This document shows positions 12,392-24,912 of a stretch of DNA of 64,000 nucleotides, in pieces; position 1 is the first letter of the stretch; the number at the start of each line of letters is the position of its first letter. The DNA comes from Schizochytrium sp. TIO01. Its lineage: Eukaryota; Protista; Bigyra: Labyrinthulomycetes. The notes beneath the pieces are model-generated. The model had not been told where the DNA came from. It ran no database searches and worked only from the letters and a program-made list of their open reading frames with translations. The position numbers and the translations under genes were made by a program. Location of the stretch: NCBI GenBank assembly GCA_004764695.1, contig SMSO01000032.1, positions 1,302,001-1,366,000 of the forward strand, given 5' to 3'.

Positions 12392-15300
12392 ATGTCAAGC
12401 GCTCGACGATGGGTGAGTGACCACCTGCACGATTTACTTGGGTTTAGCGAGCGTGCTGCTGAGGATTTCGTGTTGGCGTTGGGCAAGTCAGCAAAGAGCG
12501 TTGCGGACGCAGAGGTTCGCCTGCACGCATTTGACTTCCCGCAAGATTCCCGTACGTATGAATTCGCGAGGGCTCTGCTGGCAAAAGTTGGGTCGTCCAA
12601 ATCGTCGTCATCATCTTCGTCCTCTTCAAATTCGAATATAAATGCTGTTTCGGCTTCGGGCTCCGAATCATATGGACTTCTCCTCGAGGATCCTGAAGGC
12701 AATGCAGGTGCGGATAGAGATAGAGATGGGAAATCGCGGAAGCGCAAGAAGCATCATAAAGATAAAGACAACAAAAAAAGCAAAAACAAAAAGAGCGATA
12801 AATCTCGTGAAGAACGTAAGCAAGAACGCAAGAGGGCCCGTGAAGACCGTCTCCATGCACCCTCTGCAGATGGATTTGCTGAAGAAGATGTTGCCATCGT
12901 CATCCCTGGCCAAGACAATGAGGAGGATGATGTTGAAGAACAAGAAGATGTGCAAGAAGATGTTCAAGAAAACGATGGCCAAACCAGAACAAGCGATACC
13001 AACGACACAGATAATTCAACCGGGCTTCATGACGCAGATGACAAGAAGGAAACCGAGCATGAACGCAAGCTTCGCGAGTTCAAGGAGTTCGTGGGCTCAG
13101 GAGAAGATGGCAAGGCCGAAGATCAACGTATGAAAACCCGAGCCGCGGAGAAAGAACAGGAGAAACTCAAGCAAAAGCTTCAACAAAGCCAGGATGAAAG
13201 CGAGCGACTTCGTCGTGAATTCACAATAGACGAACTGCGCGATGAGTCTCGATTTGCTTATTTGAAGAAACGCGAGGAACGTGAACTGAAACTTCTTGAA
13301 GCGAGTATTCAAGACGAGGAAAACCTTTTCCAAGGTCAAGAGCTCACAGAAAAAGAGAAAAAGGATTTAGAAATGCGCAAAGAGCTAAAAAGGTTGATTG
13401 AAAGTCGTAAACAAATCGAACAAAACGCCAACAGCGAGTTTTACCAGCTTCCTGATTCCTATGAAGATTCTGAAGGCAAGATCAATGCGCAGAAAAGGGA
13501 TGCGCTGCTATCTCAGCGGTATCATGATGAGGGTAGAATGAAAACAGAAAACGATGTATGGGAAGAACAACAAACCAAGCTTGCAAGATCTCAAAATCGG
13601 TACGCCTCAACGGGGACATCAACTTCATCAACTCAAAATGGCGAGGATGCTGCCTATGAGCTTATTCGGGCTAGTGAAATTGGTTTTGTACCCACCAAAC
13701 GCATTCCAGGGTCGAAGCCATCGAATAGGCTTAGGAAAAGGCTATCTGCGTCCCCAAGGTGGTGAAGAAAGCCCAGCTGAAGGTGCAACAGATCCCAATA
13801 AAATTCAAGAGGGGGGGGATGCTGAGGAGAAGCCTAAAACGATGGCTGAGGTCAGAGCTGCACTTCCAGTCTTTCCTTATCGTGAAGAACTGTTACGTGC
13901 AATAAAAGATCATCAAATCTTGATTGTTGTCGGTGAGACCGGATCTGGTAAGACAACGCAAATCCCTCAGTACATTCATGAGGCTGGGTATTCCGCTCTA
14001 GGAAAAATTGGTTGTACTCAGCCACGTCGAGTGGCTGCTATGAGCGTAGCTGCACGTGTCGCACAAGAAATGTCTGTAAAGCTTGGTCGCGAAGTAGGGT
14101 ATTCTATCCGTTTTGAAGATTGCACATCGGACAAAACACTGATTAAATACATGACTGATGGTATGCTTCTGCGAGAGTTCATGACATCCCCTGATCTTGC
14201 GGATTACAGCGCGATGATGATCGATGAGGCGCATGAACGTGGATTGAACACTGATATTTTGTTTGGGTTAATCAAGGACATTGCTCGGTATCGTAAAGAC
14301 TTGCGCGTGATTGTGGCTAGCGCTACACTTGATGCACAAAAGTTTGCAGCTTATTTTGACAACGCTCCAATTTTTAATATCCCTGGTCGGCGTTATCCGG
14401 TTGACATTATGCACACCAAAGCTCCGGAAGCTGACTATCTTGATGCTGCGGTAGTCACTACTCTTCAGATCCACATCAGCGAACCAACTCCTGGTGATAT
14501 TCTTATTTTCCTTACTGGTCAAGAAGAAATTGAAGCTGCACGTGAGAGCCTTGTTCAACGTACGCGTGGCCTCGGTAGTCGTATCAAAGAACTTTTAATT
14601 TGTCCAATTTATGCTTCCCTTCCAAGTGAAGAGCAAGCTAAAGTATTTGTTCCAACGCCTAAAGGTGCTCGCAAGGTTGTGCTTGCAACTAACATTGCAG
14701 AAACTTCTTTGACCATTGATGGCATCTGCTATGTAATCGACACTGGATTTTGCAAGCAAACAAGTTACGATGCCAGAACTGGAATGGACTCTTTGATGGT
14801 CACACCAGTATCGCAGGCCGGTGCGCAACAACGTGCTGGTCGTGCTGGTCGTACAGCACCTGGTAAATGTTTCCGCCTTTATACCGAGTGGTCTTTTAAA
14901 CATGAATTGGAGGAAACTACTACTCCAGAGATTCAGCGAAGTAACTTAACCTCAGTGGTTCTTATGCTCAAAAGTTTAGGCATCAATGATCTCATTGGCT
15001 TTGACTTCATGGATCCGCCGCCTCCAGAAGCCCTGATACGATGCTTGCAGCAACTATATGCGCTTGGTGCATTGACTGACAAAGGAGAACTTACAAAGCT
15101 TGGACGCAGAATGGCTGAATTTCCAGCGGACCCAATGCTCTCCAAGTCACTGTTGGCTGCAGAGCATTATGGTTGCGTTGAAGAAGCCTTGACCGTATCT
15201 GCAATGCTCGATGTTAATGCATCGGTTTTCTACCGACCACCAGACAAAGCCGTTCTTGCAGATACGGCTCGTAAAACTTTTGCTCAGGGTGAAGGTGCTT

Positions 15301-15851
15301 GGGGCGACCATATGGTGCTAAAAACTGTGTATGAGCAATGGGCCGCTACAAACTATAGTGCTGCATGGTGTTATGAAAACTATGTGCAGGTTCGAAGCAT
15401 GCGCCGTGCTCGAGATGTACGTGATCAACTTGCGGAGTTGTGCGATCGCGTTGAAATGGAACGGAGCTCTAGTACTGACTCAGAGGCTCTGCGTAAGGCC
15501 ATCACTGCAGGATATTTCTTCCATACAGCTAAGTTGCAAAAGGATGGCTCCTACAAAACGGTCAAGGACCAATACAGTGTCCATGTTCACCCGTCAAGTA
15601 GCTTGCACAAACGTGATCCTCTGCCAAAATTGGTTCTTTATCATCAACTCCAACGCACAAAGCAGGAGTACATGCGTCAGATCTTAGTGATAAAGCCAGA
15701 ATGGCTTTTAGAGATTGCACCTCACTTTTACACACAACGAGATATTGACGAGATGATGCGCGCAGGCAAGCCTCGCAATAATGTAATTGCATCAGTTATT
15801 AACGCAAAGGGCGATGCCCCTGAGAAATATCAAGTAGAGAAGAGTTCTTGA
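12392..15851 (+). CDS. DHX16: Pre-mRNA splicing DEAH-box helicase DHX16/Prp2, split over two overlapping frames (switch at about 13700-13760)
   Basis: ORF 12392-13765 has the N-terminal [30 protein letters not shown] and WEE.Q segments typical of DHX16. ORF 13554-15851 has [56 protein letters not shown] and the HA2/OB region. Confidence 0.9.
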
Positions 15852-16157
15852 TGTTTAAGATAGAGAAGAAGAAAAAAGGAGTTATGGCAACAGACTGGAC
15901 TCAAAACTATGAAACTAAAACTGGAGGAGTCATTAAGTAAGAGTTTACGCTATGGCAAGATCATCATTTGCTATAAAGTTTTAGAAATCTGACAAGATTT
16001 ATTATTAAGTGTAGTTGGTAGAGTATAACATAGTCTTCTTTTTTCTTTCTTACTTTGTTTATTGTCAGTAAAGACGAAAGATCAGAAAAGATTGATTTGG
16101 GGGAGAAACACGATGTTGTAGCTTGGTAAAAACCCAGCTGCACTGCTTTCGCTTAAT

Positions 16158-16799
16158 TTAGACCTCGGAGCCATGGGGGGCATTGGAGTTCATGTGGCCA
16201 AAACGGTTGACATTGTGGGAGAAAGGGAGAGAGTACATGAAGGAAAAGAAGAGAAAGAAGAAGAATGCCGCACCAGCGCCGATGGTGCCACAGTAAGCCG
16301 ACGTACTTCCAACGTAGGCAATGGAATTCAGGTATGTGATATTTGTGGAGCACATGCGTGAATACACAGCAGTACTTGTAAATCCAGAAATGGTCACGTA
16401 CGAGATAACAATATCACCAATAAATCCGCCATGACCAAACACCTTCCCAGCCATTTCGTTGTTTTGCTTGAGGAGAAGAATTCCACTGACAGCCATAACG
16501 AAGGCGAAGATCAGAGTAAAGGCTGCAGCAGCAACAGGCCAGCCAAATTGGATGGACCACTTGCTAGCAACGAGGCCGATGACGAGACATGAGAGGCAGA
16601 ACTGGACGATGCGAACAATGACCAGGTGCTTCGCAAGGGCTTGAAAGTCGGCAGCATTCGTGACATGCAATTTGCTGAAGCCAGAATATTTGCCAAATGT
16701 GCTGCTACCAGAGGAGGCATGTGCACGAGGAGGGGGGGTGTTGTGCTCCTCAATAACCGGGACCGGTTCAGCCGGAACGGCGTGGTCTTCTCCACCCAT
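16158..16799 (-). CDS. Four-transmembrane MARVEL/CASP-like protein (paralog A)
   Basis: 213-aa ORF with four hydrophobic segments. TM1 has R-x-x-Q-F (VRIVQFCLS), TM3 has a conserved D (GDIVISYVTISGF) and TM4 has AGAAF, which fits a MARVEL pattern. Confidence 0.7.
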   Translation of the reverse strand: MGGEDHAVPAEPVPVIEEHNTPPPRAHASSGSSTFGKYSGFSKLHVTNAADFQALAKHLVIVRIVQFCLSCLVIGLVASKWSIQFGWPVAAAAFTLIFAFVMAVSGILLLKQNNEMAGKVFGHGGFIGDIVISYVTISGFTSTAVYSRMCSTNITYLNSIAYVGSTSAYCGTIGAGAAFFFFLFFSFMYSLPFSHNVNRFGHMNSNAPHGSEV

Positions 16800-17032
16800 G
16801 CTGGTTAAAGTTCTTCAAGCGTTTATAAGCAAAGATAATATCTGTAGTGTTATGCAACTGATTCTCGAGTTTGCGGAATTACAGGTTTGCTGTTATGTTG
16901 CTCCACCCCCCAAAAGCTCCTAGTGCAAGTAAGTACTTTTACTGATGGAGTTGTTTTGTATCGTATTTCAATACTATCTAGAAGAGAATTATATACATAA
17001 AGTTAAACTAAAATTTGACTATTCAAATTTAT

Positions 17033-17056
17033 AAAAAAAAAAAAAAAAAAAAAAAA
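17033..17056. repeat. poly(A) run
   Basis: About 24 consecutive A upstream of the MARVEL-A gene. Confidence 0.85.
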
Positions 17057-20000
17057 CACTGCCTAGGAAATAGCTCGTGAGAGTCTGATAAAATGTGTGC
17101 CAGGCCAAAGTTGCTGCAAATGAGCCCATAGCTCCACCCACATAGATAATGAGTATTTTAAGATGCATATAGGCGCGAGTATCTGTTTCTTTTGATTAAA
17201 TAAAATTAATAAAATTAATAAAAAAGAAGAAAAGACAGGAACCTGAATTGAGAATACGAAGGAGGGTGTGCGTCTCGCTAGCTAGCTATTGACAAAAATT
17301 GACTGACTGCCACTTTCATTCATTTACTATGCTTCCAAGAACCTCAAGTCCCTACACCAACTCAGCTGCTGAATGATTTCTTCTTCAAGTTCTCTTTCAT
17401 TAGGATGTACCTGCCTACCTGCCTGCACCTGTTGCGTGCGTTGCTTTGTCATTTTAGATACCTTGCCGACAGTGTTGTCTGTTCGAGCTGCCAAGATTAT
17501 TGCTTTGCACGTCATCCATATTTTAGCAACCATTCACTGAGTCAAACCAAATAAGTCGTTTCTACAGGGAGACCAACAAACATTCCTTCACTTACTGTTT
17601 TATTCATGCACTGCCAGGGACCGCATTTTGCATTTTGCATTTTGGCGCCTCTAGTGGTGGTCGTCAGCACAAGGCGTCCCCGTATTTCCCGCCTGCTGAC
17701 GTGCTGCGAGGTTATGTGGCGGATCAAACTGTGCTCTGTGTGTCCCTGGAGCAGCAGTAGTACAAGTTCAGATCGCAGGAACGGGGTGCCATTCTGCGCT
17801 CTTCAAGTTCTTATCAGCAGCATCCTTCGCAAAGTTCAACCAATCAACATCGAGGTGCTCAAAGTCGTTCGCTGCACGCCATCATCGAGCGCACAAAAAG
17901 CAGTGGTGGTTATGAATCGCCATGCCCAGACGCACGTAGGTGTGCCTTGGTGTCTTCTGTAGATGTTGCGAGCGATCGTCATTCCAAAACAATGCAGATG
18001 GAAAGAGACCCGAAGCCAGAAAAGTGATTGCGATTGCGATTGAGCGAGTGTGTTTTCCATGCGGCTTGTAGAACTGTAAAACCTTTCTTACACTAAAAGC
18101 TTTCTTTCTTTCTAATACGTGGCTACGCACCCACGCAAAGCAATCGCTGTCTTCTTGGAGCTCTGTCCGCTATTTATTTCCAAATCGCCTTCGTGCAGAC
18201 CATCGATTTGAGCTCTCGCGTCTTGCGTGCAAGCAGCTCCGGAGATTGGCTCAAGTGCCTCCGCAATTCCAGTTTTCGACAAGCCCTTAGACACCCCCAC
18301 TTCAGAGGATAAACTGGCGCCTCATTATTACATTTGAAAGCTCCTGAGCTGTCAAAGGTTCCCTCTTTGGTGCACACTCACAGTGGAGAGCGACCATCGC
18401 TATCGACAGCTATCGATAACAGCGCTCTGAAGAGCTTGGCTCCGCGGTTCAGAGCGTCAGGCACATTACTCGAGAAGCTCGAACGCAGAAACTGTAGCAT
18501 CGAAGGTGGCAGGTAGCTAGCTACGTATTGCGTCAAACGCGCTCTTAAACTTTGGTTTGAGACTGAAAGAAAACCACTCTTTGCAGCAAATGGGTGAAGA
18601 ATGAATATTAGGCCTAATCGTTGAAAAGTTTACCTCTAGAGGTAGGTAGCACGAAAAGAGCCTTGCAGGTGAGTGAGTAAGTAGCCACGTCTTGAGACCG
18701 TATGGATGGATGGATGTATTGGTTTCCAAATCTCTCGAGCCCGAAGGTCTCCATGAGGCTTGGAGGTGATATGGCCGACCGTAGGGCCATGATTCGGACT
18801 CCAAAGTGGACCATTGCGGCCGCCTTCCAGTGTGCATAATACGTTTTTTTCTTGTCATCGTTATCGTCTCGCACTTTTTTTTCTTCTCTGTTAAATTAAG
18901 AATTAAAAAATAAAATCGAAAAAATAATCAAAGAAACATTGTGACATTTATTGATTTATTCATTAAAATTATGAAGCCGCTGCTCCTGTTGAGTCTGTTG
19001 AATGAATATGTGCATCGTAGAAGCACGCCAAGAGCATCGAAATCTGTTGTTGCGCTTTTGCTCGCTTATTGTTGTTTGCTTTACTGCTTGCTTGCTTGAT
19101 TGCTTGCTTGCTTGCTTGATTGTTCAGTCTGAGGGTGAAAGCGCCTCCTGCAAGAATTACCACCCGCTTCTTTGCAGGAAATGAAGTTAAAAGAACGGTG
19201 TGTTGAATGCATCGATCTTAGATTTTAATTTCGTTCGCGATTGAAGTTTGATCCAAGTACCTTGGATCCCTCAATGACAAAACTCAGACCTCCAGCTTGA
19301 GGCAGCATTTTGGTGCCGTGGCGACCATATACAGGTCCCTGGCTTCAGCATCATGGCTTCTTCCCAGCTTGTGAACGAGGTTGTGGTGAGATCTTCATTT
19401 ATTAAATCGCAGTGGAAGAACCATCACGGTTTATAGGTTTTAATATGTGGCTGTTGATCAAAATATCAGAACGCAATGAGGTTATCAGGTAGTCGAAGTG
19501 AATCATTGAGCGAGGGAGATGGCACGAGCCAGTTTGGGCGCAGAGGTGCTGTTAGATGGATGGCCTTGGACGACGAAGCTTAGTGAGCTTAAGTCTCGAC
19601 GACTATCATGTTGCCAAGCAGCACGTGCAAACTGGAAGATGGAAACTCTTAGTGAAATCGAGACGTCAAAAGCAGGTGAGCACGACAGGAGAGAACGTTT
19701 GCAGCGGAGGATGAATATCACTCGATTGAAGTTGTCACTGCAATCATGATCGAGCTGGATAGCAGCGTGATACAACCAATATGACCAACAACCCTAATAC
19801 ATCGCTGATGATCTTCTGGCTTAGGGTGGGCGTCATAATTTAGTATCGCCTTGACGATTCGCAGAGAAAATATGATATTCGCCATCGATATTGCTGCTCA
19901 TGAGTGATTGTTTTGGCTTGAGTTTATGCCCAAGCTGCTAACTTGAGTCCTCTTGATCTTACTTACATACCATAGTAGGTAGGCCATGCTTTCGGTATCG

Positions 20001-21916
20001 TAATTGTAGCCATCATAAATAGTACGTAGCACTTCTTATTTTGATTTAATTTATTACTATTATTCTAAGTATGTGATAATAGTAGGTACTAGGATACTAG
20101 TTTTTGTTTTCGTGTGTTTTGGGTTTTCTAAGAAGATTGAATTTGAGACCTAATGGCTCAAATCCAGGATGAAGACGGAGAAGGGTCCCTATTGTATGAT
20201 TTAGGCAGCCTGTCATTGGTTCGCTTTCACTTCTACAAAATAATTTAGTTTTCAAGTTATCAAACCGTGCTGCTTGCTAACTGGAGTAGGTCTGCAAAGT
20301 TACAAACAATATAATTCACTCCAGGCAATGTCCCATAGGGATGATGACGGCCACAATGTGAGCTGCTCGATGAAAAGGCTTACTTGGAGAGTAATCTCAT
20401 GACGGTTGTTGACGGTTATGGCGGCATTTTGGAACACTGGTCTCTGGTCAGCTCTTCTGAGATGAAATATTGAAATCAATGTTCCGTAACATTAACAAGT
20501 TGGGACGTTACTTCAGCGTGGGGTCGAACAACTTGAGCGCTGCATGGACCTTTCAAAGCAACGAGAAGGCTCTCAAGTGACCTACTGCTTCTATTTGACA
20601 ACAAAGGCATATGTTTTGCGTGTAAAAAATACTCTGCCTTGCCAACGCACTCTGGCTACATGTGGCAAACGGCTTTCCGCTTCCTGACTAAGTGTTCAAT
20701 AGAACTTTTTCTCAGCCACACTTGGCGATGATATGTGGTCTTTGGCTCCTACTACTGTCAACAAACCAACTTAAGTGGAGTCCTATGTTATGCTCTGTAA
20801 TATAGTAATAGTAACAAGAACATGCATAACTTCCCTCGTCGATAAATTACAACTTTGGATATCTTGTCAGCAATTTCTGAAAATTGACTAAAACAACGCC
20901 GCGCAATATGATCTAACCTCTCGCCTTCGTCTATTATTGATGAGTTTGATGGTTTGCTGTGTTAAGGTCAAATTCTCCTGGGCTGGTTCGTGGCGTGCTC
21001 TAGGGACGCTGTCATTGTCCGCCTACCAGTGAATAATGTCCCACCTTCGACAGATTGTTCTGTGGACAGCACAATCTGGGTTTCTTGGAATGACCTATGC
21101 TATAGTATAGAATATCAGACGGAAAGTAGAAACTCTCCCCCTTTGCTTGATCAGGACTTGGGATGTTTTAAAACATGTCTCAACGTCATCGAACAAATTA
21201 AGCTAGTCTCAATGGGAACCTCCAAAGTCCTTTCAATACTGCAATGATTAATTACTTTATCCTATATTAGAGGTCGATGTACCGGCTTAAGCAGAAGCCA
21301 ATTGAATTTACCCATTGCGCACGAATTTCCAGCTCGAGTGTTCACAACTATCACATTGTACAAATAGCGACTTCAAATAATCAAGGCTTCACCGAGTCAC
21401 TATTCATTTTGTGTTAAAGTATTTCATCTATAATATGACCTTGTATCTTCTATGATGAGTAACCACTAACACTGAACTAGATTAATAAGATGTCGTGTTG
21501 AGAGTTGACTGCTTTATGCTGGTGATAAAATCGTTCAATATTTTGAACATGATACAGATGATACAGGTGCATTGTTCTAGACACCAAGTAGGGCTGAGAC
21601 TGCCATCTCATCAATGTGAAAGAGGAAAAGTTAAAGATTTATTGCTTCTAAGACTAGGCAAGAATATTCCTTGGTTTTAATTGACATTTTCAGTCGAACT
21701 TAGAGTTCGTAAATGAATTAAATCAAAATCGAACTCAGGACCTCATCATCGAATTGCCAGATGTCAGGGCGTTAGAGCGAGTATGAAATTTCAATTAATT
21801 TTAAGCTAATCTCATAGAACAAAGATGATGATATTAGGAAGTAAGTTTATTGTTCCCTGAAACGATAGCCAAAAATTGCGCACGCAAAAGAACAGATGAA
21901 GTAGGAAAAACAGGTT

Positions 21917-24007
21917 TTACATCATTGAGCCCTTGATGATGAGACTGGTTCTTCGGCGAGGCGCAAGCTCATCATCTTCAAGCTCATCTCGAGTGGTGCT
22001 CTGGCCTGTTCCTGAATGTCCGTCAGCCTTGCTTTCGGCTGTAGCGTTGGGCACAAACGGAAGGGGCATTGACTGGTAGTTCAGTCCTTGACGGCTATCT
22101 AGGGGCTGAGGAGCACTGGCCTGTTCTTGGGGGGACATTGTATCCAGACTCTGCTCGGGAGCATAGTCAGAGCTCGAAAATTGCGAGTGCTGCTGATGTT
22201 GTTGCTGCTTAAGACGAGCAACTTGTTCTTCCTCGGCCTTAAGCTGCCGGCGAAGGTTGTCGTTCATTGACTCAAACGAGCTCTTTCGTCGCATAGAGAT
22301 CCTCCCTCCTGCTGGACTGCTGCCAGATCTAACTCCCGGGGCTGCACTGTCAGCTTGAACAGAGCGCTTAGTTGCGGCAGAGGAGGTGGTTGCCGGAGTT
22401 TGGGTGGATGGGCTTACGGGGCTTAAAGGGCTTACAGGTGAGTTTGCATAGTCGACAACACCCCCTGACGCAGGTTTGTCGTTATAACTCGGCCCTTCTA
22501 CAAAGCGACCAGCTGACTTTGAGCTGGGCTCGCCCTGAGGCTGGCTTTCAAGGTCATTCTTATAGTCAATGAAGCTGCTCATACCTTCAGCCTCGCCATC
22601 CTGGATAGGGGCCATGTGGATTCCTTGCACGTGTTGGTGAAGCCTGCGTTCCATGTCTGCGGAGTCATCGATTCCGCGCCAATGGCTTGACGCCTCACGC
22701 CAATGAGTTATTACATCATAAAGGTGACCTTCGTCGAGAATGTGGCGAATGAAACCATCCGAAAGATTGCGCTCAACTTCTTCACGCTCGACCAGAGGTC
22801 CATAGCTCGTGTCATCGAAACAGTAGCCCAAGAGAGGAAGGTAGAAGGGTTTCCGGCGGAACTGCATACGGAATTTCTGAGTATCGACACGATTTTCAAA
22901 CGCAATGGTGAGATTAAGAATGATTGCATCATAATGTGTAAGTGGGTCGCGACGTACAATCTTACTTGCGGTTTCGAGGTCAAAAGCAATCTCGCCCTCA
23001 ATCCCAGCATCGCGGAGGATGAACATAAAGAGTCGTTGAATCTCGATGCGAGGCTCAACAATGAGTACGCGGGGAGCACGAGGGCCAGCTTTGGTACGCT
23101 TGGAATTCGTTTTGCGGTTGAGGAAAGATACATTGCGCATTTTATGCGGGGCCATTGCATCAGAGCCGCGTTGGTATGGGGTAACCGCGCGAGCACTGCG
23201 AATACGCTTCACAAAAGGCTCAAGAACAACAAACCTTACATACCAAGCGAAGAAACCGAACAAGTTCTTAGCGAACAAGTCACCAACTGAGTGTCCAATC
23301 TTATCACCGTCCGGGCCCATCAAATTAAAGCACGGCGGTCCAAAGGCATAAAGAAAGATAAATAGACTCTGTGCAAAGAAAAAGTAGGTCATGACGGCAA
23401 GAACCCACTCCCAGCAGCGTTCGTGAACGATGAAATGCTTCTTTTTTTCGCGAATCATTGCCAAAAGATCAACGACAAGCCAGAAGCACACGAAATAGGA
23501 TGCAAGGTTGAAGATCCATTTAAGTGTCACGTTCTTCTGCATGGCTGCCAACACACCAAAAGCAATCATCACGATATCTTTTACCATCATAAAGGTGACA
23601 TGACCAAGCTCTAGGTCGTCAGGGGTCATAAGATTCAGTAGAATGTTAACGTTCGAGATAATCACAGGACAGGTCATCATCCAGAACAAGTAACGGCCGA
23701 TAGCTAGATCAAAAACGTCACCAGCGTGGTTTTCAATGGGAATGTAAAGGAAATCAGTTGTTCCAAAGCAAGCGAGTGAGTAAACACAAAAGGTCACAAA
23801 TTGCACATAGATAGGATGCAAATTACAGCGTCCATTGCGATACTGGAAACCATAAAAACAAATCAGTGCAGTACTGCAGGAAAACACGCATAGACTTGCG
23901 CCTGCGACTCCTTGCGACACAGTTTCATCTGTTGTTGGCTGGGTTTGTAGTACACGAATAAACTCGCGACGCCAAAGCTCATGTTCACTCATAGCCATCG
24001 CCTCCAT
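21917..24007 (-). CDS. ACR1: Anion channelrhodopsin, red-shifted RubyACR type (AlACR1-like), with a C-terminal pseudo-receiver domain; 696 aa from the ATG at 24007
   Basis: Seven TM helices. TM3 is GRYLFWMMTCP (channelrhodopsin RY..W..TCP, with Phe at the BR D85 position) and TM4 carries D144. TM7 is GHSVGDLFAKNLFG with the retinal Lys247 at 23267-23269. Pocket residues are F108/Y171/Q213/I217. A CheY-like fold begins at RVLIVEP. Confidence 0.92.
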   Translation of the reverse strand: MEAMAMSEHELWRREFIRVLQTQPTTDETVSQGVAGASLCVFSCSTALICFYGFQYRNGRCNLHPIYVQFVTFCVYSLACFGTTDFLYIPIENHAGDVFDLAIGRYLFWMMTCPVIISNVNILLNLMTPDDLELGHVTFMMVKDIVMIAFGVLAAMQKNVTLKWIFNLASYFVCFWLVVDLLAMIREKKKHFIVHERCWEWVLAVMTYFFFAQSLFIFLYAFGPPCFNLMGPDGDKIGHSVGDLFAKNLFGFFAWYVRFVVLEPFVKRIRSARAVTPYQRGSDAMAPHKMRNVSFLNRKTNSKRTKAGPRAPRVLIVEPRIEIQRLFMFILRDAGIEGEIAFDLETASKIVRRDPLTHYDAIILNLTIAFENRVDTQKFRMQFRRKPFYLPLLGYCFDDTSYGPLVEREEVERNLSDGFIRHILDEGHLYDVITHWREASSHWRGIDDSADMERRLHQHVQGIHMAPIQDGEAEGMSSFIDYKNDLESQPQGEPSSKSAGRFVEGPSYNDKPASGGVVDYANSPVSPLSPVSPSTQTPATTSSAATKRSVQADSAAPGVRSGSSPAGGRISMRRKSSFESMNDNLRRQLKAEEEQVARLKQQQHQQHSQFSSSDYAPEQSLDTMSPQEQASAPQPLDSRQGLNYQSMPLPFVPNATAESKADGHSGTGQSTTRDELEDDELAPRRRTSLIIKGSMM

Positions 24008-24881
24008 CTTGGCAGAATGTGCTGGCTTTTGAAATTGTGAACTTGCCCAAGCGAAAGGCAAACTTATCAACTATACCTCAGGCCTCTCGAATTCGAATTC
24101 GAAGCAAGTATGCGTCTGTCCCAGCCCAGGCTCCAGCGTCAGCGTCAAGGTTGTTTGTTTGTGTGCGTATGCCTTACACAACCGGTACCTGACGTGCCTA
24201 AGCAACTCAAGCACCCAAGGTCTGGTGACCTGCTCGAAAGACGTAAAGGGTTTTGCCAGATTTTGCCAAACCCACTCGTCAGGAAAAAAAAAGTTTACGT
24301 TCTACAATTTCATAGATTTAGAACCAAAGAGAGCTCAGTGAGGTCAATGTGCAACACAAAAGCAAGAAAAACATTATTCTTATTTTAAATAAAATTTTAA
24401 TATTACAAAGAAAATGAAAGGGATAACAAGCAGATTTAGCAAGATTTAAAAACATGCCAAGTTTGTTTCCCGCAGAGCAATTCTCTTTATGCTACCCTTT
24501 TGCTACCAATATCATTTTTGTTAGAGCACCAAAATTCAACTCCGAAAGAGCCGTCAAATATTCTTACCAGTTAACTGTACAGTCAGGGCTTCCACCGGAT
24601 CGTTTAACGGACACTGGTGAGGGGCACTGTGTATTTTAATTAATCTCCTTGAGGCAGAAATGAAAATGAATAAATAAAACATGTCGTGATTAAAGAAGTA
24701 GAGTTCGTTACTTGAGCAGATTCGTAAGATCAGAGCGACTCAACTGACTGAGCCTCTTCTGGTATTAGTGCTGAGCCTGTGTGACGCATTAAATAATTAT
24801 AAATTCAAATTCCAAATACGATGGCTAAGTTGTTGTGTTACAAGAGTCTGAAACAATCATCTGACAGAAACTGGAAAAATA

Positions 24882-24912
<31 letters not shown>

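Noticed and set aside
22372-23614. Antisense and alternate-frame ORFs overlapping the ACR, DHX16, CNOT2 and protease genes
   Set aside because: They are shadows of the real coding frames, with no independent motifs.
10366-24007. Functional clustering of BBS5 (ciliary trafficking) with the channelrhodopsins
   Set aside because: BBS5 sits within an unrelated housekeeping block 10 kb away, and proximity alone is not evidence.
24008-24070. N-terminal extensions in the ORF track for ACR1 (to 24070) and ACR2 (from 26544)
   Set aside because: They begin at non-ATG codons. The ATGs at 24007 and 26589 give paralogs with matching N-terminal lengths.
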